A DNA stretch of 64,000 bases, taken from positions 1 through 64,000 of IMG/VR virus record IMGVR_UViG_3300035660_000005; one strand, given 5' to 3'. Below the pieces are notes generated by a model. The model saw nothing but the letters and a program-made list of their open reading frames with translations, did no database searches and had not been told where the DNA came from. Position numbers and translations under genes: made by a program. This document shows positions 48,701-56,630 of the stretch, piece by piece; the first letter of the stretch is position 1, and each line of letters opens with the position of its first letter. Source of the DNA: a virus.

Positions 48701-50073
48701 TAGGGCTTGCCGTCGATGTCCACGACACGACCCTTGGGGATTCCCTCGCTCGGTTCGCGCAGTGCACAGTCGTAAGTGTAGCCGTTGGCCACCTTGTTCA
48801 CGCTCAGGACGCGTGCCTTGATCTCCACCGTGCGCTTCGTCTTCGCGTAGTCGTTGGTGGAGCCAAAGCTGTACGGCATGTTCGGGTCTCGCGTCACCAC
48901 ACCCTCGATCGGGAGGTCGCGCCCGCCAGGCCCACCGTAGTTGAGCAGCCGGTTAGCCATCGACTTCAGTGACGCCTCGCTCTTCGCTTCCTGCTGTGGC
49001 AGTGCGACGAAGCGCGCTCCGAGCGTCGAGGCTGCTCGCTTGATCAATGCGTATCGTTCACTGAACGGCTGCTCGTGCACATCGGCCCCGTCGAAGTAGA
49101 CCATGTCGTACAAGAACACGACCGGCGTGGCGCCCTCGAACTTGTTGGCGAGCAACGAGATCAGCTCTGGACGCGCCACGTACTTGCCACCCGAGACCGC
49201 CTGGAGCTCGCCCTCGACCACCATGGACGTCTTGCACTTGCGTAGGGTGTCCATCAGTGAGGGCACGTCGTACTCCTGCTTGGCGTCCTCGGAGTAGATC
49301 ATCGCACGACCGCCAGCACAGTGGATCAGCGCACGTAGTCCGTCCACCTTCGGTGACACCAACACAGTGCCCTGCTTGTCCACAACCTTCGAGGCCCAGT
49401 CGTCCCACAACTCCTTGACGGAGACGAAGTCGGTGTAGTACTTCATGGACGGCTTCTGTGCGGTGTACTTGTCGAAGGGGTTGATGCCGGCGCTCTTGAA
49501 CCGAGGAGCCCTGTTCTCTGGCCCGAACCGAGCACGACGCTTCTCGAGGCTCGCCGCCTTGACGAGCTTCGCCTCGCCAGTCGTAGTGCGCAGCACAAGG
49601 TCGAACACCGGCACGTACTGTCCCTCGTGTGGACCCTGCGGACTGAACAGTAGGTGCAACTCCTTGCCGGTCTTGTCAGGATCGAAGAAGCGACGCAGCA
49701 GTAGCATGAGCGACTCACGGTAGTAGTTTGGCACATCCCCATCTTCGCGGATGAGGATATCCAGGTCGTGGGCAGCAGCCAGTCCCTCGCGCGCAGCGCT
49801 GCCGACCACGCTCACGTAGTCGGGAACCACGACGACGTCGCTGGCCGCCTGCTTCGGGAGCTTCGCCTGATCCAGCCCAGGGTGCACGTTGTGTTCCATG
49901 CCACGCTTCTCCATCTCGGCAACGATGAAGCTGTGGGCATTGACGATGGTCTCGATGGACGCACCGTTCTCCTTGGTGTTGGCGAACCACTGGTGCGTGC
50001 GGCGATGCAGCGAGAGTAGCTCGTCATCCGGTGCCTTCTTCAGGGCAGCCGGGGTGATCTCTTCGAGGGTCAT
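45796..50073 (-). CDS. Multidomain polyprotein: nucleotidyltransferase + ATP-dependent DNA ligase + LigD-like 3'-phosphoesterase + MBL fold + XkdF-type prohead protease
   Basis: VGS..DLDIL; PKVDG, EGEL, YDMVYFDG, EGVV, AKTK; FVYHHH..HGDLRL..YDRGTY..KGRY; LLGTGG..FDGG; DAHDE..LQH..GLSMGG. Confidence 0.85.
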   Translation of the reverse strand: MTLEEITPAALKKAPDDELLSLHRRTHQWFANTKENGASIETIVNAHSFIVAEMEKRGMEHNVHPGLDQAKLPKQAASDVVVVPDYVSVVGSAAREGLAAAHDLDILIREDGDVPNYYRESLMLLLRRFFDPDKTGKELHLLFSPQGPHEGQYVPVFDLVLRTTTGEAKLVKAASLEKRRARFGPENRAPRFKSAGINPFDKYTAQKPSMKYYTDFVSVKELWDDWASKVVDKQGTVLVSPKVDGLRALIHCAGGRAMIYSEDAKQEYDVPSLMDTLRKCKTSMVVEGELQAVSGGKYVARPELISLLANKFEGATPVVFLYDMVYFDGADVHEQPFSERYALIKRAASTLGARFVALPQQEAKSEASLKSMANRLLNYGGPGGRDLPIEGVVTRDPNMPYSFGSTNDYAKTKRTVEIKARVLSVNKVANGYTYDCALREPSEGIPKGRVVDIDGKPYQKLGKTFVSPTQLAGEGDTLNVTVEEMILLSDGTLTWGKPTPQGPDRSRPAYTVQQAIDLARRYGALREEKMEPTQKSTIILCERCDDYHMASNDCDPNAELWSVPGVATRSRRRGMKVVDFEFVPQSLMFSLAKAGPHEEEGRAGEVAAYWKKSWFDALPRSGRGRFVYHHHWRGLTEDEAKGTSESTLLDTDHSVHGDLRLQGEDALWGFTTFLGKASEVKAAGGDRLQNLPTDDSLQGSWKLAQPTEWLNVGVGKPAISEPEEVGATSQAWAKFFVYDRGTYKLGVAREHMFEVFLSGSKVKGRYQITFAPMGGRRVWLVSKPESDTPYAEEHKLADVIKELRGKRQPHLVWSDGAHGPYFIDIPKSGDALLAALEVEDADQWKVLAGVVKKETEEMLAKAWETTENEIRHRVREPGDFEQDSFRRITIQATKPRVFAVIGKLKGEKTTTVQALRFPTDDEWTLTSAKKWVEEHPNIVKSDTVSKHHGGGNTLYRQVHGKWVWQIKGVPTVIPAFISYKPMAGSKTIELVVREAADREPEYWSPSLAQGIATLIAGSAGVVPAVKFDRRGDPEATPLFDLVLDENGPRLVKAADIKVTLLGTGGEQVESRISPYGLLVQVANKSFVFDGGPGLLEKLPKAVDAWFITNPYNTHLADIKEQAETLGVELCTGYDAGYSQDRVYVRPWGAYGRCAGEEGAVCFEIAVYDEKEEKRTTIIWGPLGPDRYMVEDADLVFAGAHGWKDTQYLPGGRALPSALDASRDLKSAGVKKLVLVNVDDDLLRNWNESELLFGEVGLDGQMFALAAGASHTDQAEVAKSGDTQPFEYTVLEKAAEEQYTFGVCYKATNMPRDPELDAHDEFIMADELQKGQWGYVQAGDRRIYLQHGAAGIIPVGEWVDIVAWPWEVTTKLTLPDGKSKETTIPANSVWMGVLWNDAGWRLVKSGQIRGLSMGGFAKRKPVVTTR

Positions 50074-50090
50074 GTCACTATCCTATCACA

Positions 50091-51023
50091 TTAGACCGGA
50101 AAGCTCTCCATGGGTGGAAGCCAGCCCTTCGTGTTGGCCCCGATGTCGCAACGGCAGTGGGGGTGCAGTGGCGGGTACTCGCCACCCCACTCGAAGGAGT
50201 TGCCAATCTTGACCCAGCCCTGACCAGCAGCTTCGATACAGTAGTCGCACACCCGAGAGATGGTCGCTGCCGGCGAGCCGGCGGCCGTCAACCAGCGCCG
50301 CTCCTTGATGCCGTTACGCACCATCGTCTCGTGCGCTGTGTTGCCGTAGACGCGGGCCGTCTCTGTACGAGCTACCGTCTCCGCCCACTTGCGTCCAGCC
50401 TCGGGCATCGCGTGCAAGATCTCGGACGTTACTTCGGGCACGGTCTTCGGACGTGCTGGGTTCGCCGCCTCCAACGCGATGCGCGCCAACTCCTCAGCCC
50501 ACGTGCCGGCCGAGTCCTCCAGGTAGCCGGTGACCTGCCCGGACAGTTCTGGGTACAACTCGTGGAACATCAGCTCGGTGTCTGTCCACCTGTAGCCACC
50601 ACCCAGTTGCTTCTCCACGAGCTCGGCCCAAGGTGGCTTCGTTTTCATCCCCAACTGCCGACGGACCGAGCGCTCACCCAGCTCGGCGGTGCTCGCCAAC
50701 TCGGACATCAGTTGACGTGCCGGCTTGTCGAGCTTGAGCTTCTGCTCGATGTGCTTGGCCAGCGCTGCCTTTGCCTTCGCCGGTGCGCGTGCCTCGTCAG
50801 GGAACTTCTCCCAGAGGGCGCGAGCGATGCGCGCCAGCTCTGCTGACGAGACCTGCTCGGCGAGGCCGCCGTAGTACTCCTTCGCCGCTCGTCTTACCTT
50901 GGCCTCAGCCGCGAGCCGCTGCTGGTAGCGTGTCGCCCATTGTCCGCTCGGACTGGCCGCCAACCAGACCGCCTCCAGACCACGGTGCAGTCGCTTGACT
51001 GTGTCCCAGCCTACCTTCATCAA
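50091..51023 (-). CDS. MuF / SPP1 gp7-like head morphogenesis protein
   Basis: VARTETAR, WLTA, VCDYC, PPLHPHCRC. Confidence 0.85.
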   Translation of the reverse strand: MMKVGWDTVKRLHRGLEAVWLAASPSGQWATRYQQRLAAEAKVRRAAKEYYGGLAEQVSSAELARIARALWEKFPDEARAPAKAKAALAKHIEQKLKLDKPARQLMSELASTAELGERSVRRQLGMKTKPPWAELVEKQLGGGYRWTDTELMFHELYPELSGQVTGYLEDSAGTWAEELARIALEAANPARPKTVPEVTSEILHAMPEAGRKWAETVARTETARVYGNTAHETMVRNGIKERRWLTAAGSPAATISRVCDYCIEAAGQGWVKIGNSFEWGGEYPPLHPHCRCDIGANTKGWLPPMESFPV

Positions 51024-51078
51024 TCGGTCCCCAACGTGTACCTGGAAGAAGTCTCTGCAAGTCTCCGCGAAGCTGGCG

Positions 51079-51807
51079 TCATGTCGTCAGGCTCTCGAAC
51101 GTTGATGATGGCTCTGGTTCAGGACCGGCACCGAGTGGTGGTCTCCAAGGTCCCTCACACTCATCCAGTCGCGGCACCTCATAGCGCTGACAGAGCAGGT
51201 GGGTCAGCTGCTCAAGCTCGAGTCCCAGACGTACGATCCGAAGACGGGCCATGACGGACACCTCGGTGTAAAGCGCGTCCACCTCCTGTAGCACCGCGTC
51301 GTTGACGCCGTGCTTCTTGAACCAGCCGTTGCAGCCCCACTCGTACTCGTGAAGGCAACGTCGGCGCAGTGCAGCATAGCGTCGGTCCTCGTTTCCACTG
51401 GACATCCCGCAAAGGAAGCCTTGGACCACGAGGAAGTCACTGTGGGGACAGCGCGTGTCTATCGTCATGTCCACCGCCCGCAGTGCGAGGATCCGCACCT
51501 CCTCCGCTCGACAGACGCCATCGTTGTGCTCGACCACTCGGCCGATGAGGTCGACCGCCCCGAACACTACCAAGCGAACCATCTCGCTGGGATGGCGACT
51601 GCTTAGGAAGTTGGTCTGACACCATGGCAGGCAGGCGTGTACTCCATGGAGTGACCCGTACGACGTCGTCCCAATCTCACCCTCTGGGAGCTGGTCGGCT
51701 ACGAGGTGACTGTCGTCCCACAGGCACGGCATGAACGTACTCTGTAAGACAGGCACGTCGTCCTTCGTGTCCCAACGAACACGCCACTCCCTGAACGCGG
51801 TCCTCAC
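51079..51807 (-). CDS. Hypothetical protein
   Basis: GTG at 51807 coupled to the upstream stop; GVHA..VFGAV.LIGRVVEH..RA. Confidence 0.55.
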   Translation of the reverse strand: MRTAFREWRVRWDTKDDVPVLQSTFMPCLWDDSHLVADQLPEGEIGTTSYGSLHGVHACLPWCQTNFLSSRHPSEMVRLVVFGAVDLIGRVVEHNDGVCRAEEVRILALRAVDMTIDTRCPHSDFLVVQGFLCGMSSGNEDRRYAALRRRCLHEYEWGCNGWFKKHGVNDAVLQEVDALYTEVSVMARLRIVRLGLELEQLTHLLCQRYEVPRLDECEGPWRPPLGAGPEPEPSSTFESLTT

Positions 51808-52028
51808 TGTCGGTGTACCTCGTGCTGCTCCTTGCAGTCCTGTGAGCAGTAGTCGTTGTGCAGCAGCTTGATCAGGTTCTCGAGGCACTGCCAGCATAGT
51901 AGCTGAGTCCACGGCAGCCCCACGATCCCGATCGACACCATCAACGTCACGCGTGGTAGGTCGTCCAGGTCGCGCTCCGCACTGCAGCATGAACAGATGA
52001 ACGTCTTCTCTTCCAGCTCCATCATCAT
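51804..52028 (-). CDS. Small zinc-ribbon protein
   Basis: CSCC..CWQC..CSQDC. Confidence 0.5.
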   Translation of the reverse strand: MMMELEEKTFICSCCSAERDLDDLPRVTLMVSIGIVGLPWTQLLCWQCLENLIKLLHNDYCSQDCKEQHEVHRQ

Positions 52029-52189
52029 CGTTCCCTTCTCCTAGCGGACGACACGGTGAACCGCCAGTTCCTTCTGAGCGCCGGCTGACCCTTGGCGTTG
52101 ACGACGTACCACATCCGCATCATCTTCTTGTCTTGCGGCTGCTCCTCCTCGCGCTCACGAGTGGCGATCTTCTTGTAGGGCTCGCTCAT
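52025..52189 (-). CDS. Hypothetical protein
   Basis: ATG at 52189, coupled. Confidence 0.35.
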   Translation of the reverse strand: MSEPYKKIATREREEEQPQDKKMMRMWYVVNAKGQPALRRNWRFTVSSARRRER

Positions 52190-52450
52190 GACAGCAGCGC
52201 TACCAACGCAATCACCAGCGCGGCGCACCCGAGCACCGCCCCGGCTACCGTGCCAAGCGTGTTCCAGAGAACCATGGTGTGCGTCCAACCACCACGCTGA
52301 GCGATGTCCTTCAGGATCTCCACGAGCGTCGCGTCGCCTTCGTTCGTCAACTTACGACCCCCTTACGGGTACGGGATATGTGCACTCATGAGTGCGAGGA
52401 GGATCCCCGTCACGATAGCCAACGACGAGAGCAGTAGCATCCTAACCATC

Positions 52451-52765
52451 TTAGCCCTCCGTGCCGTCACCTATCACGTCCGACAGCATGCCGTAGAACT
52501 TGCCCTCGCTGACGGCCTCGACGATGCCACCACCCTCCCAACGATAGTACCACCAACCACCCACGACGACCTCGATGTCCTTGTGGAAGCAGCCCTTGGA
52601 GTCGCGGATCACCTCATCCTCTGCCCAGGTGTACTCGGTGACCGTCTCGTCTGGTCCCTTCACTCGTAGCGTGACGGTCGTCGGATCGGTGAGCGCGCCA
52701 ACTCCGTTGTCGAAGGTAGCCGACACTCGCACCGTGATTCCGATCGCGTAGGCGTTGGTGTCCAT
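52451..52765 (-). CDS. Ig-like virion protein (BppU N-terminal-like)
   Basis: TDPTTVTL.V..PD..G.W.YRW. Confidence 0.55.
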   Translation of the reverse strand: MDTNAYAIGITVRVSATFDNGVGALTDPTTVTLRVKGPDETVTEYTWAEDEVIRDSKGCFHKDIEVVVGGWWYYRWEGGGIVEAVSEGKFYGMLSDVIGDGTEG

Positions 52766-52766
52766 G

Positions 52767-54254
52767 TTACTCGTCCTCCACTGTCACGTTGCCGTCCACG
52801 ACGCGAGCGTCGTCAGCCATCGCGTCTCCGACCGTCACCCTCGCATCGCCGATCGCCACTCCGCCGGCTACCAACTTCACGTCGCCTACAGCGGCCCGTC
52901 CGCGCATCCGGATCAGTGGTGTCGGGAAGACCAGCGTCAGTGTAACTGGGGTCGGAGTCAGTTCCAGCAGCTTGTAAAGAAGTGGCACTGGCACGTCGAT
53001 CCTAAGCGTCACTGGCTCGGGTTGTACAGTCAGGGCCTTGTAGACCGTCGGCTCCGGTAGTGTGAGCTCGATGCTGACGGCCCCTGGCGTGAGGGTCAAC
53101 GACTTGGAGATCTCGATTGCCGGGAACGTGAGCTCGATTACGACCGAGTCGGGCGCGACGACTCGTGGTTCGTAGACCCAACCGCCCAGTCCCGCGTAGT
53201 GGTAGACCACACCGTTGGTGTTCACGAAGTCGTGTGTGCCGACCTCGAAGTTGGTGGTGAGGAACTCCTGGATGGCGTCAGCTACCGGTTCTGGTGCATC
53301 GTTACATCGTGCACAGGCGTTAGAGGCCATCGTGTCGGTACGGAACATGCACTCGCGCGCAGTCTTCGGATCCTTCAACATCGTGAAGCGTGGGATAACC
53401 TCGCCCAAGGTGACGATCCTGTCGTCTACGCCGTTACCAGGATACGAGCCCTGCTCAGCGATGTTTCCTCCGAGTAGGAGGTAACAGTACTCGGCACCAT
53501 CTTGGTTGAACAGGTGGCTCGTGCCCTCGACCGTGAAGCCGTCGACGTCGAGCGACTTGATGGATGTGCCGACGTAGGGGTCCGAGTCCTGTGCGCCAAA
53601 GAATGCCGCGGCCTCTCCCGCTGCAATGGACAGGGTTCGCCACATCGGTTGCACCCAGAAGCCACCTGTGCTCTTGAAGACTGCTCCGAACTTGGGCGCG
53701 AAGCCCGCTCCTGTGAACGAGCGCAGATCGGTCCCATCCCCGATGTACTTGTCGATTCGGATCCGACTTGGTACTTCTCGCAGTGCCAGAACGTGGTAGA
53801 GCTCACCCGCCTTGTTCGTGGCGATATCGAGCGCAACCGAAAAGCCGTCCACGTCAAGCGAGGTGATGAGGTTCGGATCAAGACCTCCAGCGCCGCCCAG
53901 CCACGCGGCCAAGCCAGCCGGAAAGTCCTTGTGCGAGAGAATCGGTGGCTCGGTAAGAAGAGTACTGTTGACGACGATCACGAACTGAGGTGGGAAGCCC
54001 ACACCGGTAACGTGGTGGTCGCTGTGTCCAGTCCCCACGTAGGTCATCGTCTTGACACCAACAAGTCCACCCACGAACGCGGACGGCAGCACAAGGGGAA
54101 TCGCTACCGGTGCAGGGGTGAGGATCTTCAGCCCGATCCAGACCAACGGCTCGGGCAGTGCGACGCCTATAACAACGGGATCCGGCAACAACGTCAGCGT
54201 CGCCACGCCGCAAGGCAGCATCTCGATAAGCCGGCGAGTCGTACCTCTAGCCAT
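52767..54254 (-). CDS. Fibre-like structural protein with three Y-x-G-x-G beta repeats
   Basis: YVGTG/YIGDG/YPGNG repeats with GF.P.F and SLDVDGF.V; Pro/Val-rich stalk repeats. Confidence 0.6.
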   Translation of the reverse strand: MARGTTRRLIEMLPCGVATLTLLPDPVVIGVALPEPLVWIGLKILTPAPVAIPLVLPSAFVGGLVGVKTMTYVGTGHSDHHVTGVGFPPQFVIVVNSTLLTEPPILSHKDFPAGLAAWLGGAGGLDPNLITSLDVDGFSVALDIATNKAGELYHVLALREVPSRIRIDKYIGDGTDLRSFTGAGFAPKFGAVFKSTGGFWVQPMWRTLSIAAGEAAAFFGAQDSDPYVGTSIKSLDVDGFTVEGTSHLFNQDGAEYCYLLLGGNIAEQGSYPGNGVDDRIVTLGEVIPRFTMLKDPKTARECMFRTDTMASNACARCNDAPEPVADAIQEFLTTNFEVGTHDFVNTNGVVYHYAGLGGWVYEPRVVAPDSVVIELTFPAIEISKSLTLTPGAVSIELTLPEPTVYKALTVQPEPVTLRIDVPVPLLYKLLELTPTPVTLTLVFPTPLIRMRGRAAVGDVKLVAGGVAIGDARVTVGDAMADDARVVDGNVTVEDE

Positions 54255-54268
54255 GTGAACTCACCGCT

Positions 54269-54616
54269 TTACGCGTGCTGAAGGACCTTCCAGGGAAAGG
54301 CACGACCCGTCCCGAAGGTCTGCTTGAGCGTGAACCTGAGTGCACCGGCGTCAGTCAGCTCATTGGAGATTGGCACACTGATCTTGATCAGGTCGTCCGT
54401 CAACTGGACGCCCTGAAATGACCCAAGGTACGCCACGCGTCGCGTGCCACCTGTCAGGATCATCTGGTAGGCGCGCAACTCCAACACGTCGCCGGCCGCC
54501 ATGTTGACCGTGTCCACGTGAAGTGTGAACGTGCCGGCCACGTTGACGTCCGCCAGAACGTGCTCGGTGGCGACCACCGCCGTCTGGGTGCCTTGTCCGA
54601 AAGCCGTTACAGCCAT
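54269..54616 (-). CDS. Putative structural protein
   Basis: Beta-rich; within the structural cassette. Confidence 0.5.
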   Translation of the reverse strand: MAVTAFGQGTQTAVVATEHVLADVNVAGTFTLHVDTVNMAAGDVLELRAYQMILTGGTRRVAYLGSFQGVQLTDDLIKISVPISNELTDAGALRFTLKQTFGTGRAFPWKVLQHA

Positions 54617-54617
54617 G

Positions 54618-55172
54618 TTAGAACCCCGCTCTCAGTGAAAGGACAGGTATCGGAATGAAGTTGCTTGCATAGGTTGCACCCACCATTGGGTTCGGCAGTG
54701 GATAGGCGTTGGTCTGTTGGAGCATCGCGAGCACAGTCATGCACGAGCCACCGGGAAAGTAGGCGTAGGGCCACTTGGGGGAGACGCTAGAACACACCAT
54801 GGCCATGTAGTACCCACCAGGGTTGAGCTGGGTGTCCGCGATGTCGTAGGTCTGCCAGGTGTTGGTGCCGACCAGTGCGACGCCGCCGACGGACACCAAC
54901 CGGTTGCCCCCCTTGTCGTAGATCCCCACGTCGACGTTACCGCCAAGATTGAGTGTGGCGATAAACCAAGCCAGTTCGCGGATGATGACCGTCCGACAGA
55001 TAACGAACGGGATGTAGAACGCCAGGTTGGTTGTCGGCCACGACGCCGACGTGCCCATGGCTCCGTAGTACTGCGGGCCGGACATCGCCATGATAGCCGC
55101 ACCAATCGACTCCTGCGAGTAGGGGTGAATCGTCGGGAGTGGCCACGTGTCGGGGATCAGCGGAACATCCAT
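54618..55172 (-). CDS. Beta-sandwich structural protein, paralog 2
   Basis: Shares DVGIY..G.RLVS.G, D.ADT, QQ..A.PLP with 55173-55709. Confidence 0.6.
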   Translation of the reverse strand: MDVPLIPDTWPLPTIHPYSQESIGAAIMAMSGPQYYGAMGTSASWPTTNLAFYIPFVICRTVIIRELAWFIATLNLGGNVDVGIYDKGGNRLVSVGGVALVGTNTWQTYDIADTQLNPGGYYMAMVCSSVSPKWPYAYFPGGSCMTVLAMLQQTNAYPLPNPMVGATYASNFIPIPVLSLRAGF

Positions 55173-55709
55173 TTAGATGATCCCCCTCGCACCCAGTCCG
55201 AACTTCCACACGCGGTCATTGGTGACGCGAACAACGGTGCCCATGATGGCTGGTAGTGGGAAGGCACTGCTCTGCTGGATCACGCCCATGCCCTGCTGGT
55301 ACTGTGCATTGCCACTGATCTGGCCGAAGAACCGTTGCGTAGTGTTGTCGCAGGCAAGCGCGAGGTAGAACAGTCCGGGCCCGATGAGTGTATCCGCGAC
55401 ATCGACGACCTGTACGGTCTGCGTTCCAGAGGGAACAGTCGAACCGGTGCTGACCAAGCGCCGACCGTCGAACGTGTAGATGCCTACGTCCCAGTGGCCG
55501 CTGATCACGTCACCGTTACATGCCCACAGCGTGAGGACCAATAGTGGTGAGGCAAGTCGGAATGGGTAGTACAGCGCTCGGTTGGTAGAGCTCCAAGTTA
55601 GGGAGGCGCTAGCCGATCCCCAAGAACCGACTCCGCCCATGCTGCAGACCGAGCACGGATCGATGACGATCGGAAAGTCGAGCAGGGTGAGACCAGACGG
55701 GTAGTCCAT
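55173..55709 (-). CDS. Beta-sandwich structural protein, paralog 1
   Basis: ATG at 55709; paralog of 54618-55172. Confidence 0.6.
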   Translation of the reverse strand: MDYPSGLTLLDFPIVIDPCSVCSMGGVGSWGSASASLTWSSTNRALYYPFRLASPLLVLTLWACNGDVISGHWDVGIYTFDGRRLVSTGSTVPSGTQTVQVVDVADTLIGPGLFYLALACDNTTQRFFGQISGNAQYQQGMGVIQQSSAFPLPAIMGTVVRVTNDRVWKFGLGARGII

Positions 55710-55716
55710 GTCGTCC

Positions 55717-56157
55717 CTACGTGAGCTGCCCGAGCCCTTCAGCGTTCCACTGGAGGGCGATGATCCCACCGTTGCCGTCGAAGGGAAAGCCACCTGTGTC
55801 GATGAAGAACAAGAGGAGCGAGTGCGCGTCGTCGGTGACGAACTTGTAGATCACAAGACCGACACACTGTCGCGTTCCCACGCCGAGCGATGTCCAGGTC
55901 GCGTCCTCTGCATCCATCTCCGCCCGGTTGTTGGGGTCGTCCTCGTTCACGACCTGACCGGTCAGCACCTTACGGACGTAGTTGGCCCCGTCGTACTCGT
56001 CCAGTGTAGCGAGGTCACCGACGAACTGAGCGTCCTGTTCGGTGTCAGCTGTGGTGTTGCTCATGACGAGCAGCGCGCGGATGTCAGCGCCGGCCTCTTG
56101 CCAGTTCAGCTCGCCGCGCGCGATTGCTGCCTTGGCCGGTGTGTATGCAAAGCTCAT
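55717..56157 (-). CDS. Conserved virion (minor tail-like) protein
   Basis: IRALLV..Y.RK.L..DAED.TW..NGG.I.LQW. Confidence 0.6.
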   Translation of the reverse strand: MSFAYTPAKAAIARGELNWQEAGADIRALLVMSNTTADTEQDAQFVGDLATLDEYDGANYVRKVLTGQVVNEDDPNNRAEMDAEDATWTSLGVGTRQCVGLVIYKFVTDDAHSLLLFFIDTGGFPFDGNGGIIALQWNAEGLGQLT

Positions 56158-56534
56158 GTCCCCTTACCTCCCGTAGAGTTGTTCACTGTATGCTTTCCGT
56201 GCCACCGGCTCGCACGCCACCACCAGTGTCCCGCCACAGCCGTGGCAACAGCAGCGGGCCATCCGTGCCAGAACACCTGCTCCAATGTGTCGCCACTGGG
56301 CCAGTGTGATACCAACGCTGCCCATCCCCATGGCCGGCCCGACTCCACTGCATGGTTCCAAAGGGCGATCCCCAGCCCACCGAACCCGATCGTGACTCCC
56401 CAGAAGAAGAGCACGAGCTCGAGGTATGGGCGCCAAGGGTGTTTGCGGAGCCACAAGAAGGACGCAGCGAGGATTGCGATGATGCCGAAGCACGTGGGCG
56501 TCATGACCCTCTCCTTGGTGAGTGGATTCTTCAT
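56154..56534 (-). CDS. Membrane protein
   Basis: Three hydrophobic Trp-rich segments. Confidence 0.5.
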   Translation of the reverse strand: MKNPLTKERVMTPTCFGIIAILAASFLWLRKHPWRPYLELVLFFWGVTIGFGGLGIALWNHAVESGRPWGWAALVSHWPSGDTLEQVFWHGWPAAVATAVAGHWWWRASRWHGKHTVNNSTGGKGT

Positions 56535-56630
56535 GCTGGTACGGCCTCCCGCTCCCTCACTGGAACCTCGGGCGGCGCCTCTTGCGGCACGTTAGGCACG
56601 CGACGCACGACATAAGGGTTACCGACCCGC

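Noticed and set aside
54618-55709. Diversity-generating retroelement (TR/VR pair) suggested by the paralogous structural genes
   Set aside because: Similarity is protein-level and diverged, not adenine-specific; no reverse transcriptase in the window
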